Shown here in pieces: positions 1 to 10,321 of a stretch of DNA of 64,000 nucleotides; the stretch's first letter is position 1; the number at the start of each line of letters is the position of its first letter. Position numbers and translations under genes: made by a program. The stretch is from a virus: IMG/VR virus record IMGVR_UViG_3300025645_000042, positions 1 to 64,000 of that record; one strand, 5' to 3'. Under the pieces are notes generated by a model. It was not told the DNA's origin. It ran no database searches and was given only the letters and a program-made list of their open reading frames with translations.

Positions 1-99
1 ACACAAAGCTATGAATCGTTTTAATGATTTATAGCAACTGTTATCGACAGTTTTAATTGTCGAAATTAATTTAAAAACAAACTACTAAAACAATAGATA

Positions 100-477
100 A
101 TGAAAGAGTTTTTTAGAATGGTAAATAGAGTGACTGCAAAACAAATTTATGTGCCTAAAATATTAAGAAAGTACGTTCCAACGATTGAAACAAAATCTGG
201 TACAAGACTAAAACAATATAAAACAAAAATAATGAAAAATAATAAAACATACCAAGAACTTCATAGAAGTATATTACAAGATGAAACACTTGAAAGATTA
301 CATAAACAGAAAATACAAGTCTATGTTAATTCTAAACCAACATATACTATGGCTATTAATAATAATCAATATAATATAACCCCTTCAATCGATGAAAAAT
401 CTAAAGAAATAATAAAACAAATAGATGAACGTATTCAATCCCGTATAATGGAAATACATAATTACTATAAATGCTAA
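100..477 (+). CDS. hypothetical protein
   Basis: 125 aa ORF; no motif recognised. Confidence 0.6.
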   Translation: MKEFFRMVNRVTAKQIYVPKILRKYVPTIETKSGTRLKQYKTKIMKNNKTYQELHRSILQDETLERLHKQKIQVYVNSKPTYTMAINNNQYNITPSIDEKSKEIIKQIDERIQSRIMEIHNYYKC

Positions 478-582
478 TAAATCTATTCTCCCAAGACATC
501 TATACTATTCTAAAAATAATCCAAATACACTATGGGTGAACTCCCTATTAAATACAAAAATTTATAACCCTAATAACCATGT

Positions 583-716
583 ACACAAATGTGTCCATAA
601 ACATATAATAAAACCAAATAATACATAAGGATATATACATAGGTACACATTTGTGTATCATTAAATATATCACAATATATAAGCCCCTCTAAGGCCATAT
701 AGGTACACATTTGTGT
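583..716. promoter_or_regulatory. three copies of palindromic site ACACA-(TT/AA)-TGTGT at about 60 bp spacing (operator- or iteron-like)
   Basis: Copies at 583-594, 645-656 and 705-716 in non-coding DNA; further copies at 12476-12487, 25115-25126 and 25703-25714. Confidence 0.6.
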
Positions 717-1351
717 AGTAGGACAATTTAAGAAAGATATACAGGGAAATACCCCTAGAAATGCGTTTTAAAGAACCCTTTATGATACCTGTCTCAGAAT
801 GACACGACACGTATGCATTATTTCGGGGATACCACCTTTTACCACTTTTTACCACAAAATTCCACGATAGAGATATTCGTGTTATATATGAATAAATCAT
901 TTCCCAAGAAATAGTCCGACCCGTGTGTTTAAATTGCCAAAATTTTTAAGAGATTTCTCAGGCGGCCCAGGTAAATCTTGTACCAGGTAAATAAGGTATT
1001 TACTAATGGGTACATAATAAAAAGAGGGATAAATTGGTCCTATAAAATATGTTCTAGGATTGGTGGCCGAAATAATTTTCGGAATAGGGATAAAAGGTGG
1101 TGCCCCATTCATGGCAAAAATTTGCCATGAGGGGTATCGTGCCATACTATCAAGATTTTTTTGATATAGGCGTGTAAGGGATTGCCTCAGTGCCATAAAT
1201 TTTTGGCATAGAGGTATGTGGTCGGCTACTATGTAGTAACCGAAGTATGATACAAATATACAATAAATTATTCGATAAAAAAAATTTATTTCATTAGGAT
1301 ATTAAAAAAAAATGTTGTATCTTTACGGGGCCATAGGTAGCAAGCGTAATA

Positions 1352-1430
1352 AAAAATTTGAGTATAAGGTAGGTTGGAGTCTACTCTTCCTGATTGTTAG
1401 TCACCGCCCTTAGAGTCTTTCCTCATTGTC
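1352..1430 (-). ncRNA. small two-hairpin RNA family, copy 1 (longest 5' region)
   Basis: Minus-strand TAtcTTTG promoter at 1436-1443, no ORF, conserved motif at 1369-1390, U-tract downstream. Confidence 0.65.
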
Positions 1431-1569
1431 TATTACAAAGATAAGTAATATAAATGATACTACCAAATAATTTGTGGTTTTTTTTAATTTATTTTTTATA
1501 TAGTTTTATTTTGTGGTTATATAATATTATTGTATATTTGCATCAATGTTTAATTAAAACCACAAAATC

Positions 1570-1878
1570 ATGAGTATTACAGCAAACGAAGCAACCTTAA
1601 AGACATTAAAAGCGGAGCGCAAATCTTTAGATGGACAAATCAAATTATTGGAGCGAGTTATTTTTAAACAAAAGCTGCCTGAAGATGGTATTATATTAGA
1701 TGAGGGTCTTGGAGAGCGTTATCCAATGTCATCGGGTTATTATGGTATTATAGTTTCAGAGAGGCCCGCAATGCATATATATCAAGATAAGATATATGGT
1801 ATTGAGATATGGCAGTATAAGGAAGACTCTGTAGACATCAAAATAGGTTATGTTAGTACTAAGCATGGAAATTTTTAA
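1570..1878 (+). CDS. early hypothetical protein
   Basis: ORF directly downstream of a consensus promoter and A-rich leader. Confidence 0.8.
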   Translation: MSITANEATLKTLKAERKSLDGQIKLLERVIFKQKLPEDGIILDEGLGERYPMSSGYYGIIVSERPAMHIYQDKIYGIEIWQYKEDSVDIKIGYVSTKHGNF

Positions 1879-1956
1879 AAAAAAGTATAAAATAATTTGC
1901 ACAGTATATAATAAAGTCTTATATTTGCATCAGTAATAATTAAAACAACAGATATT

Positions 1957-2859
1957 ATGAAAAATTTATTTCCATTTGAGTACATTGAAAATCCATTAAA
2001 GAATCAAGATGGTACTGATTCTAATTTCAGACAGGTGTTTGGGTTAGGTGGTATTAACGTAGCTTGTCCAAAAGGGTCTTATCATATTGTTAAGGCGACA
2101 GATTTAAGTTCATTAGGACATTCCTTTATTGATAAGGGATATGAGGTAACGACATTCAACCATAGATGTGGTGAAGTTATTGGGCTTAACATTTCTTTTG
2201 GGGAGAAGGGTACAAAGGTAGGTGATTGTAGTTATAAGTTAATTATCACAGTTCCAAATAATGGAGGTGGTAAGGGTTACTTATCAATTAAGCAGACACG
2301 TTTAATTTGCACCAATGGTATGGTATCTAATAAGACTGTACACAAAGACAATTACATTAAGATTCCACATACATGGAATTACAATGATAGTATTAAATTG
2401 ATGGAACAGTCGATTGGTAGTTTCACATCTTTAATGACACAATTAGAGAATAGAGATGAGATATTCAATGAAGTTGCACTTAAGGATACTGAAGTTATGT
2501 ATCACCTTAATAAGTGGTTTTTTGAGCAAGAATTACCTGTATCTCAAAAGAAGGTTAAGACTGAAGATGGATGGGTTCCAATGACTTTAGATATGTTTAG
2601 AGAGATGTTAGTTACATCACCAAAAGAAACGCCTTCATACGCTCGTTACTGTGAGTTAAAAGAGGCTTATGAGAGAGAGATTTCTTATAACAAAGAGTTA
2701 GGTTTAGATTTAACCATGTACACAGTATATGCATCGGTAACGAATTACTTATCACGTAGAGTTGAGAGTTCAGGTTCAAAAGCATCGAATGAGGTGAAGT
2801 TTGAGAGAGCGAGTAAAAAGTTAGTTTACTTTGATTCGATTGAATCGAGTTTAGTATAA
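1957..2859 (+). CDS. DUF932/DUF945-family protein
   Basis: RLICTNGMV motif typical of this family; own promoter; terminator follows. Confidence 0.7.
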   Translation: MKNLFPFEYIENPLKNQDGTDSNFRQVFGLGGINVACPKGSYHIVKATDLSSLGHSFIDKGYEVTTFNHRCGEVIGLNISFGEKGTKVGDCSYKLIITVPNNGGGKGYLSIKQTRLICTNGMVSNKTVHKDNYIKIPHTWNYNDSIKLMEQSIGSFTSLMTQLENRDEIFNEVALKDTEVMYHLNKWFFEQELPVSQKKVKTEDGWVPMTLDMFREMLVTSPKETPSYARYCELKEAYEREISYNKELGLDLTMYTVYASVTNYLSRRVESSGSKASNEVKFERASKKLVYFDSIESSLV

Positions 2860-2865
2860 AAGCAT

Positions 2866-2900
2866 TGGGGTAAGATTGGATGCCTTACCCCATTTTTTTT
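2866..2900 (+). terminator. intrinsic terminator
   Basis: tggggtaag/cttacccca stem plus T-tract after the DUF932 stop. Confidence 0.85.
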
Positions 2901-2961
2901 AATTTTTCATTTTGAATCCCATCAGTTAATTCTGGTGGGATTTTTTTATTGAAATATAGTA

Positions 2962-3020
2962 AGGAAAAATAAAGGTAGGTTGGAGTCTACTCTTCCGATT
3001 TGTTAGGTCAGGCCCTTTGT
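2962..3020 (-). ncRNA. small two-hairpin RNA family, copy 2
   Basis: Promoter at 3026-3033 on -, motif at 2975-2996, one mismatch from copy 6 over about 60 bp. Confidence 0.7.
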
Positions 3021-3201
3021 TATAACAAAGATAAGGAATATATTTCATTCCACCAAATAATTACCAGGGTTTTTTTTCATGCTAGAGAAGCTAAAAGCTG
3101 CTTATCCCGCTAGTGGTGCGGGATACAGGCGAAAATAAATTTGCGAGATAAATAATATTGTTGTATATTTGCATCAATGTTTAATTAAAACCTAATATAT
3201 T

Positions 3202-4650
3202 ATGAAATGTAAGTATTGTGAAAACGAAGCCACGGTTAAAGATTATAGAACGTGGGATGGACAAACAGGTAAAGAACTTGTTTGTAATGATTGCTTTGGA
3301 ATTACCAATGATAGTTTATTGGATAGGAAAGCTGAAATAAATGAAGTTAAAGAAGAGTTATTCAATTCAGGGTTGGATAATTTAGCTGAAGAGTTTTTAG
3401 AAAAAGGGTGGGGAGATATGTGGACGACCATTAATAGTGAAATGGATGAGTATAAACAATACATGATAAATGAGTTTGAATCTCAAACAGGTCATGAACC
3501 ACATAAAGATACTCTTGAGAAGTGGGATGAAATTATTTTATCTAAAATAAATAAGTTAATTAAAAAGTCGATATAAATTATGGCAAATTGTAAATCAGGA
3601 TTAGGGTTAGGATTAGTAAAGTTTGAATTAAGAAACAGGGAAGACATCGAGAGTAAGTTATATAGTATTATAGCTGTTGATTGTGATTTAAGTGAGAATG
3701 AGGATTACTTTAGGGAAGATACATTAGAGTTGGGGTATGAATCAGAGGCTCATAGATTGGTAGCCGAAGCTGTTAAGGATAAAGACCTAACGGAAGTAAA
3801 AGTCTTTGAGGAAGTCTTTGAGGAAGTTTTTAGTGCTATAAGTGGACAGGAATATTTTGATGATTGTGATTATAAGGTTGAAGATATGGGTTCTGGTATT
3901 GTTATGGTGGCTTATGCATATGGTGGTAATTATAGTTGGTAGGATATGAAAGCTAAAGATATAATAAAATTATTACAAGATAATCCAGAGGCAGATTTAA
4001 TTTTCTGGGATGGTGAAGATAACCATGATATTAATAATATTGAAGTGGATGGCATTAATGGTGTGGAGATAGTTATAAATATTTAAAAATGCTAACTATA
4101 GTATGTTGTGGGTACAGGGAATATGTTTTATCTTTGTACCCATAACATTAAAACATATATTATGGAAATTTTAAGTAGACAAGAAGTTATTGACCAATTA
4201 GTAAATGATGAGACTGATACAATATCCCAGATGATATTTCAGAATGATTATACCTACATTGATGCTATAATGCGAAGTGGTGTTGGTGGTATTGAGGATT
4301 TATGTAATGAAGATTTGGTACAGAGATATTATGAAAGATTTGATGAAACAATTAAAATAGGATAAGATATGAAATTATATGTAATAGAGTACATTGGTGA
4401 TGTGGATTCATCAATAGAGGGAATAACCAATAATCCAGAGTTATGGCTTAGACAGCATAATGCTTATAGGGTTGCTGATGGTGAGATGCCAGAGTTGGAA
4501 GATGACTTTAATTTTTTGGAGTTTGATTATCAGGAGCGCACCCAGAGCAATACTGATGATTATTCATTATATATGTGCAATGATTGTCATGTGTTGGTTC
4601 CAGTGGTCCATACCAGAGATGGTGATGATTATTGTGATATGTGTATTTGA
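3202..4650 (+). CDS. four small early hypothetical proteins (3202-3576, 3580-3942, 4162-4365, 4369-4650)
   Basis: Acidic ORFs downstream of promoters at about 3145 and 4110; 4108 start corrected to ATG 4162 because the upstream part is promoter. Confidence 0.75.
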
Positions 4651-4666
4651 ATTAAATGTTAAATTA

Positions 4667-4698
4667 TTTGGTAGTTATATAATAAAGCCTTATATTTG
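4667..4698 (+). promoter_or_regulatory. representative Bacteroidota sigma70-type early promoter (-33 TTTG, -7 TATATTTG)
   Basis: TTTG at 4667-4670 and TATATTTG at 4691-4698, 20 nt spacer. Confidence 0.9.
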
Positions 4699-4718
4699 TA
4701 TCAGATAATCAAAACAAC

Positions 4719-5150
4719 ATGAGAACAGTATATCAAAAGACAGCCGATAACAAAACCATTCAACGATTAGCGAAGCACGTTAGAACAGATGGTGGAAACT
4801 TCAAGGGAGTATGTGTATCGGCTTGTCTATCTTATTTCGGCATACAGCCAGACCAATATAAGTATACATGGTCCAAGCGAGTTGGGAATAATCACCATGC
4901 AATTTTAAGAAGATTTGGGTGGGCAGTTAGAAGTCGTAAGTCAACTTTATTGAAGGGTACGAAGACTGTAGGAAGTGTACGTAGAGCGATAGCGGCATAT
5001 GAAGATTACACGCCAGACATGATGTATATGGTTCATGTATCGGCTCATGTATTATTGCTTAACAGCAAAGGAGAAACGGTGGTTGACACATCACCTAGAA
5101 AGGTAGACCGTAGAAGAGTATTGAATGTTGTGGCAATATTTAAGTCATAA
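4719..5150 (+). CDS. basic protein with possible papain-like (Cys-His-Asp) peptidase fold
   Basis: CVSACL ... HVLLLN ... VVDT in C-H-D order. Confidence 0.4.
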   Translation: MRTVYQKTADNKTIQRLAKHVRTDGGNFKGVCVSACLSYFGIQPDQYKYTWSKRVGNNHHAILRRFGWAVRSRKSTLLKGTKTVGSVRRAIAAYEDYTPDMMYMVHVSAHVLLLNSKGETVVDTSPRKVDRRRVLNVVAIFKS

Positions 5151-5191
5151 TATTTGGTAGTTATATAATAATTTATTATATTTGTAACATT

Positions 5192-5545
5192 ATGGGACGA
5201 CATACAGGTGAGCGTAATAAAGGTAGAAGATATCATGATGGTTTTCATCCATCAAATAGTAGTAATAAAAAATTCTCTGAAAGGACATATAATACAAAAA
5301 ATTATATTAAAAAAGATAAAAGTAATAAAATCATATATCAAGTTTCATCAGATGGTAAAATAGTTAGGAAATGGAAAAACATATACGAAATTTCTGAAGT
5401 ATTAAAATCTTATCCTGATAAACTAAAGCAATATATTGATAAAGAAAAATTAATTGGAGGTTGTTTATTAGTAATGATGATTAATTATAAAACTACAATT
5501 GATTATGTTAAATTAATAAAATATATTAAATCAAAAACAAGATAA
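5192..5545 (+). CDS. NUMOD1-like DNA-binding domain protein
   Basis: KIIYQVSSDGKIVRKWKNIYEISEVL matches the NUMOD1 pattern. Confidence 0.55.
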   Translation: MGRHTGERNKGRRYHDGFHPSNSSNKKFSERTYNTKNYIKKDKSNKIIYQVSSDGKIVRKWKNIYEISEVLKSYPDKLKQYIDKEKLIGGCLLVMMINYKTTIDYVKLIKYIKSKTR

Positions 5546-5547
5546 CT

Positions 5548-7073
5548 ATGGATTTTACACCACAGGCACAGATAGAGCAAAAGGTAATTGATATTCATTT
5601 TCCTACGCTAAAGAAACATTACAATTCAATGATGGGAAACTTTCAATTTTCAAAGAGAGAGTTGGAGATTAACATTGTAGCCATTACAAGATGGATGGAT
5701 ATGTTTAATGAGTATAGTATTATATGTCAAAAGCATGAAGAGTATAATGGTAAAGAATTTTTCTTAACAGATTTCTTTCAATAATTAGGATATTAAATAA
5801 TAATCTCTTATATTTGTATCATCAATGTTTAAAACCAAATAATATGTCAGCAAAAATTTACAGTGCACCAAAGAGTATTAAGAAACCAGATTACGATTGG
5901 AACAAAGGTCGTGATAATTGGAGAGAAGAAGAGCAACGTTATATCAATGAGATTAAGGCTCATAATAAGAGCATGGGATATAACGGTAAGAACATGGGTG
6001 AAATAATAAAATTTCAGGTTGCCGATGGTTATGCCGAGTATATGGTATTGCAGATGCGACCATTATCTTTAATCCATTTGGATATTATGGATGGTTACGA
6101 ATTCCATTATGCTCACCTAATGACAGCTAAGGAAGTCAATGACCAACTTAAGCGTCAGAGAGCTATGAATGAAATTTTCAGAAAATCTAATACAGCCACA
6201 CCTGATGAAGTTGTTGGAGTATTAGGTAAGGTAGGAGTTGAAACTACCAATATGTCAAAGCAAGAAATTGGTTCATTTGATACCACAACAATTGGTAATA
6301 GTCATTTTCATGTAAAATGGGATGGTAAGACATATATGATACCACCATTTTCAGGTAAGGTTTATGGGGAAAATTCACATAACGTATTTAAATTTTTAGT
6401 TAACAATTATAAGATATAAAACTATGATTTTAGGTAAAGTAACACACGCATATTACAATTGGGAAGTAACCGTAAATGACGGTACGATATTATTCAAGTG
6501 TAATTTAAGACCACCAGAAGGTAGTGGCATCCTGAAAATGGCAAGGGAGTATGATATACCTAAGACAGCCAGAGAGATTACATTTGAAGGTAGTTATATC
6601 AGGATTGATGATGGTAAACAGCTTATTGAATTTAAACTGGAAGGTGAGAGCTGTATTGTTGGTGATGTCTGGGAAGACGGTGAATGTATTGATTCAATTG
6701 CCATGTATGATTTCTGGGAAGATTATGTTTCTCAAGATTAAATGTTAAAATATTTGGTAGTTATATAATAAAGTGTTATATTTGTAATGTAATCAAAACA
6801 ACAGAAATTATGGCCAGAAAAAAAGTTTATATTGTAAAGTCAGGAAGTCTTCATAAGACTGAGAGAAGATATTGGTTAACACCAAGTTACTTCACCAGTA
6901 AGAAGGGTGCATTAGCAAGAGCTAAAAACATCTTAGAAGTCAACAGAGCTACCAACATTGTAGAGCATAAAACTCATGGTGAGTTTGAGTTAAGATGGGT
7001 TGATTATGTAGGTGAGGAAGGCAAGTATGATGGTAGGATTATTGTTGAATGGGCTTACTTAGAAACATATTAA
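5548..7073 (+). CDS. four early hypothetical proteins (5548-5784, 5844-6419, 6424-6741, 6810-7073)
   Basis: ORFs behind promoters at about 5790 and 6755; 5814 start corrected to ATG 5844. Confidence 0.75.
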
Positions 7074-7119
7074 CGTTAAAATATTTTGGATATTAAAATA
7101 AATTGTTGTATATTTGTAT

Positions 7120-7400
7120 TCAACGATTAGCAGTTAGAAGTAGGAATGATTACTGGAAAACTAACGGAGCGGTATTCATCACTTGAAATTTGGTAAACTG
7201 ATGATAAGCGTGGACAGGTAACTGAAAGCGGTATAACATAGATAACAGATAATTTTGACATGACCAAGCCGAGTACTTAACACAATAACTCTACAACTAT
7301 AATGTTTAACCTTAAAACCTAGAAATCATGTAACGTTATTAAAAGTTATATATAATAGAAAATAAAATAAAATAACTCTATCATTAATTTGGTAGAGTTC
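7120..7400 (+). ncRNA. candidate structured ncRNA (about 200-280 nt)
   Basis: Full promoter at about 7085-7117, no ORF over 16 aa, pairings CAGUUA/UAACUG and UCAUCA/UGAUGA, terminator hairpin at 7374-7399. Confidence 0.5.
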
Positions 7401-7446
7401 TTTTTTTGTTGTATCTTTACAGTATCAATGTTTAAACCACAAAATA

Positions 7447-8525
7447 ATGGCAAAGTATAAAAGAGTATTCCAAATGGGATTTGATATTGCAGAAAGAGAA
7501 GATGTTTCCAATGATGAACTCGAAGACTTATTCCTTTATCTCGAAGACTGTATCAACAACTACAAGTTTAAAGAAACAAAAGGAGAACCACCATACTTTA
7601 AGTCGGTAGGGTGTGAGAATACAGAAGATATGAGCCATGCTTATGGAGAGAAAGAACTAAAACAAATTAATGAAGATGAATATAGTAGATAAATTAAACA
7701 ACAGGGACAGGTTAAAAATTCTGGCCCTGATTGTAATTTTAACATTTATAATTTGGATTATATAATATAAAGTCTTATATTTGTACTAACAATGTTTAAA
7801 ACCAAATATCATGGAAGGAATTAAAGAAGTTATAATCAAACGTGCAAATGAATTAGGCAAGCAAGGTGCTTGTATGGGTAACGGTTGGGACGAAGATACT
7901 CCAATGACTGAATTAGCTGAAGCAATCACATTCTTACTTTTAGAAGATGATGTTATAGGTGAAATTTCAGGTGAAGATATCTATGAAATATTAAGTGAAA
8001 AATTATATTAATTAAATTAGGTAGTGTCAAATATATTTCTTATATTGATACTATCAATGTTTAACAATTAAAAACCCAAAAGAGATGAGCAAATTAAAAA
8101 CATATAAATACTCATGCAGCGGTAATGTTGCATGGACCAGTTGGGACCACGGTGAAGTAAAAGCCCACAATCCAACAGATGCATGGAACTTTGCTGCACA
8201 GGAAATGCAAAAGAATTTAGACTTAGCCAATATGATACTGGCGGGTAATGTATTAACCAAGGGTATGTCCGTTGGAATGAGTTTCAACGACCTTGAGGTT
8301 GAAGAGGTAAAACCCATATCAAAATTTTGTGAAGTAAAGATTGAGCATATAGATGACAATGACGTAGCACATATTGATGGTTATAAATCAGAAGACTTTG
8401 AGGCTGAAGGAATTATTCTGGGTTATATTGTTAACGGAGAAGTATACTGGACGAATTCAGAATATCAATTTGATGAGTATGTTATGAATGTCATAAAAGA
8501 TTTTAAGAAACATCAGGAGGCTTAG
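7447..8525 (+). CDS. three early hypothetical proteins (7447-7692, 7811-8011, 8085-8525)
   Basis: Each has its own promoter cassette. Confidence 0.75.
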
Positions 8526-8589
8526 CGGCCAATTGAATAGGGGATAGGGTTGAGGGACCTTATCCTCGGTGGAACTGGAAGCTGGCCGC
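8525..8589 (+). ncRNA. GC-rich structured RNA element in 3' UTR
   Basis: Outer stem GCGGCC/GGCCGC and an 11-bp inner hairpin (8540-8550 with 8557-8567) in an AT-rich background. Confidence 0.5.
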
Positions 8590-8622
8590 CTCCGACTTAC
8601 TACAGGCCATTAAACATTGATT

Positions 8623-8651
8623 AAAAAAGCTGGGGTGGTTCCCAGCTTTTT
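8623..8651 (+). terminator. intrinsic terminator
   Basis: aaaaagctggg-gtggtt-cccagcttttt. Confidence 0.85.
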
Positions 8652-8723
8652 GCATTTTAAATGTTAAAATATTTGGTAGTTAAATAATAAAGTCTTATAT
8701 TTACAGTATCAAACAAACAGACA

Positions 8724-8849
8724 ATGGCTAAGTTAAAGAAAATAGTAGTAACACAACAAGAAATCTGGGCAGCCACCAGACCTAACGTGTACAAGAACAA
8801 GAAGAAATACACGAGGAAACCAAAACATAAAAATAAAGGAGATGAGTAA
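8724..8849 (+). CDS. 41-aa basic peptide, ArfA-like (ribosome rescue factor-like); not in the ORF track
   Basis: MAKLKKIVVTQQEIWAATRPNVYKNKKKYTRKPKHKNKGDE, directly behind its own promoter; KNKK..Y.RK.KH motif. Confidence 0.6.
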   Translation: MAKLKKIVVTQQEIWAATRPNVYKNKKKYTRKPKHKNKGDE

Positions 8850-9755
8850 GAAAATACCTGAAATAGTTTTAAGAGCTGAAAAAGAAGCCATCGCTATTAT
8901 GAGATGGGCTAGGAGTTGCGAAACGCCAGAACAATTTGATAATATTGAAAGGTTTTCCAAAAAACATAAGTGGATGACTAATATAGCTTATGATAATGAT
9001 GTTCAATATTATGTTGGTGCAACACATGGATTTATTATTGCATTAAGAAAAACTAAATTTAATTTGGATATTAAATAATAATCTCTTATATTTGTAATAT
9101 CAATGTTTAAAAACCAAAATATTATGAAAGTAAATTTCGATAAAGCAGAAGAATATTTAGTTCAATCCGATGAGGAAACTGATTTTCCTGTTCATAAACA
9201 AGTGTTGGCTATATATAATCAATCTAAGATTAATGATACTATGATGATTGACCACGTTGATGGTGTTCAAACTGTTGAACAATTTGAATATACATTTACC
9301 TGTCGAGATTTTCTAGAGCATATTGGCAATAAGTTAGCCAACTTGAAATTAGCTATTGATGAGGAAAGTGTTAACATTTATGTTGATAATGGAGATGACC
9401 AAGAACCAACACATATCGTGTATTGGCATATAGATGAGTTTGAAGAAGATGGTAGTGTTTGCATCTCGGCATTAAATGCCTTACAGTTGTTCTATACAAA
9501 CCCACAGGAATTATTAGACCGTTTAAAAATACAATTATGAAAGAGCTTATATGTGAAGTAAGGGTATCTAGAGATGGTGAGTATGAAAATACTGAAACCT
9601 TCTATATTGAAATTGATAATGATACACCTGAAGATAAGGAGATGGAAGCTATGATGACTGAAATTAGAGGTGATATGGAAGCTGAATATGGTGATGACCC
9701 CGATTGGGAGGAAGGAAATATATCTTGGGTATTAGATACTTGGGGTGAGTGGTAA
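8842..9755 (+). CDS. three early hypothetical proteins (8842-9078, 9124-9540, 9537-9755)
   Basis: Overlapping or coupled ORFs; starts corrected to the post-promoter ATGs. Confidence 0.75.
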
Positions 9756-9784
9756 ATTAGAATATTAATTAAATTTTATATATT

Positions 9785-10321
9785 ATGAAAAATGTATTTT
9801 TATTACTAGTATTATTTGCTGTATCATTTACAGCACAATCAGAAACTTTAGAAGACATTCGAGATGTCCTGAAGTATGTTGAATCAGAACATAACCCAGC
9901 AGCTCTGGGAGACTTTAGAGGTGAAACGCCCACAGCATTTGGAATACTTCAAATTAGGAAGATTGCCATCGATGATGTGAATCGTATATACGGTACAAGT
10001 TATAAAGTTTATGATGCATTTAATATTAAATGTTCTGAAGAAATATTTGAACTTTATATAAATCATTGGACTGATAAATTAGAACAGCGTGAAGGTAGGG
10101 AGGCAAGCACACTTGATATTGTTAGAATCTGGAATGGAGGTCCCAGGGGATATGAGAGAACCAGTACCCTCTGGTATATGAAAAAGTTTTTAAGATACAG
10201 AAAAAATAACTATCTTTGTAAAAATGGAGACAAATCAGAAATGTATAATCAATGGACAACTGGGAATAGTAACCAGACGGTATACACATACCGCAGATGT
10301 CTTTATGTGCAAGACTCGTAA
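9785..10321 (+). CDS. secreted lysozyme-like protein (invertebrate/destabilase-type fold)
   Basis: Signal peptide, VESxxN..A.GD, GILQI, RIWNGGPRG motifs. Confidence 0.65.
   Translation: MKNVFLLLVLFAVSFTAQSETLEDIRDVLKYVESEHNPAALGDFRGETPTAFGILQIRKIAIDDVNRIYGTSYKVYDAFNIKCSEEIFELYINHWTDKLEQREGREASTLDIVRIWNGGPRGYERTSTLWYMKKFLRYRKNNYLCKNGDKSEMYNQWTTGNSNQTVYTYRRCLYVQDS

Noticed and set aside
897-1196. 99-aa minus-strand ORF (and 670-900) as real genes
   Set aside because: Atypical composition and overlap with palindromic A-tract structures; more likely a non-coding boundary region, although a minus promoter at about 1250 means transcription is possible.
3103-3125. GC-rich hairpin TATCCCGC/GCGGGATA as an additional sRNA
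   Set aside because: It lies between two divergent promoters with no promoter of its own or U-tract; function cannot be supported.
7198-7235. Hammerhead ribozyme (CUGAUGA ... GAAA)
   Set aside because: Stem II and stem III partners are not complementary; the flanking GCGGUAU copies are direct repeats.
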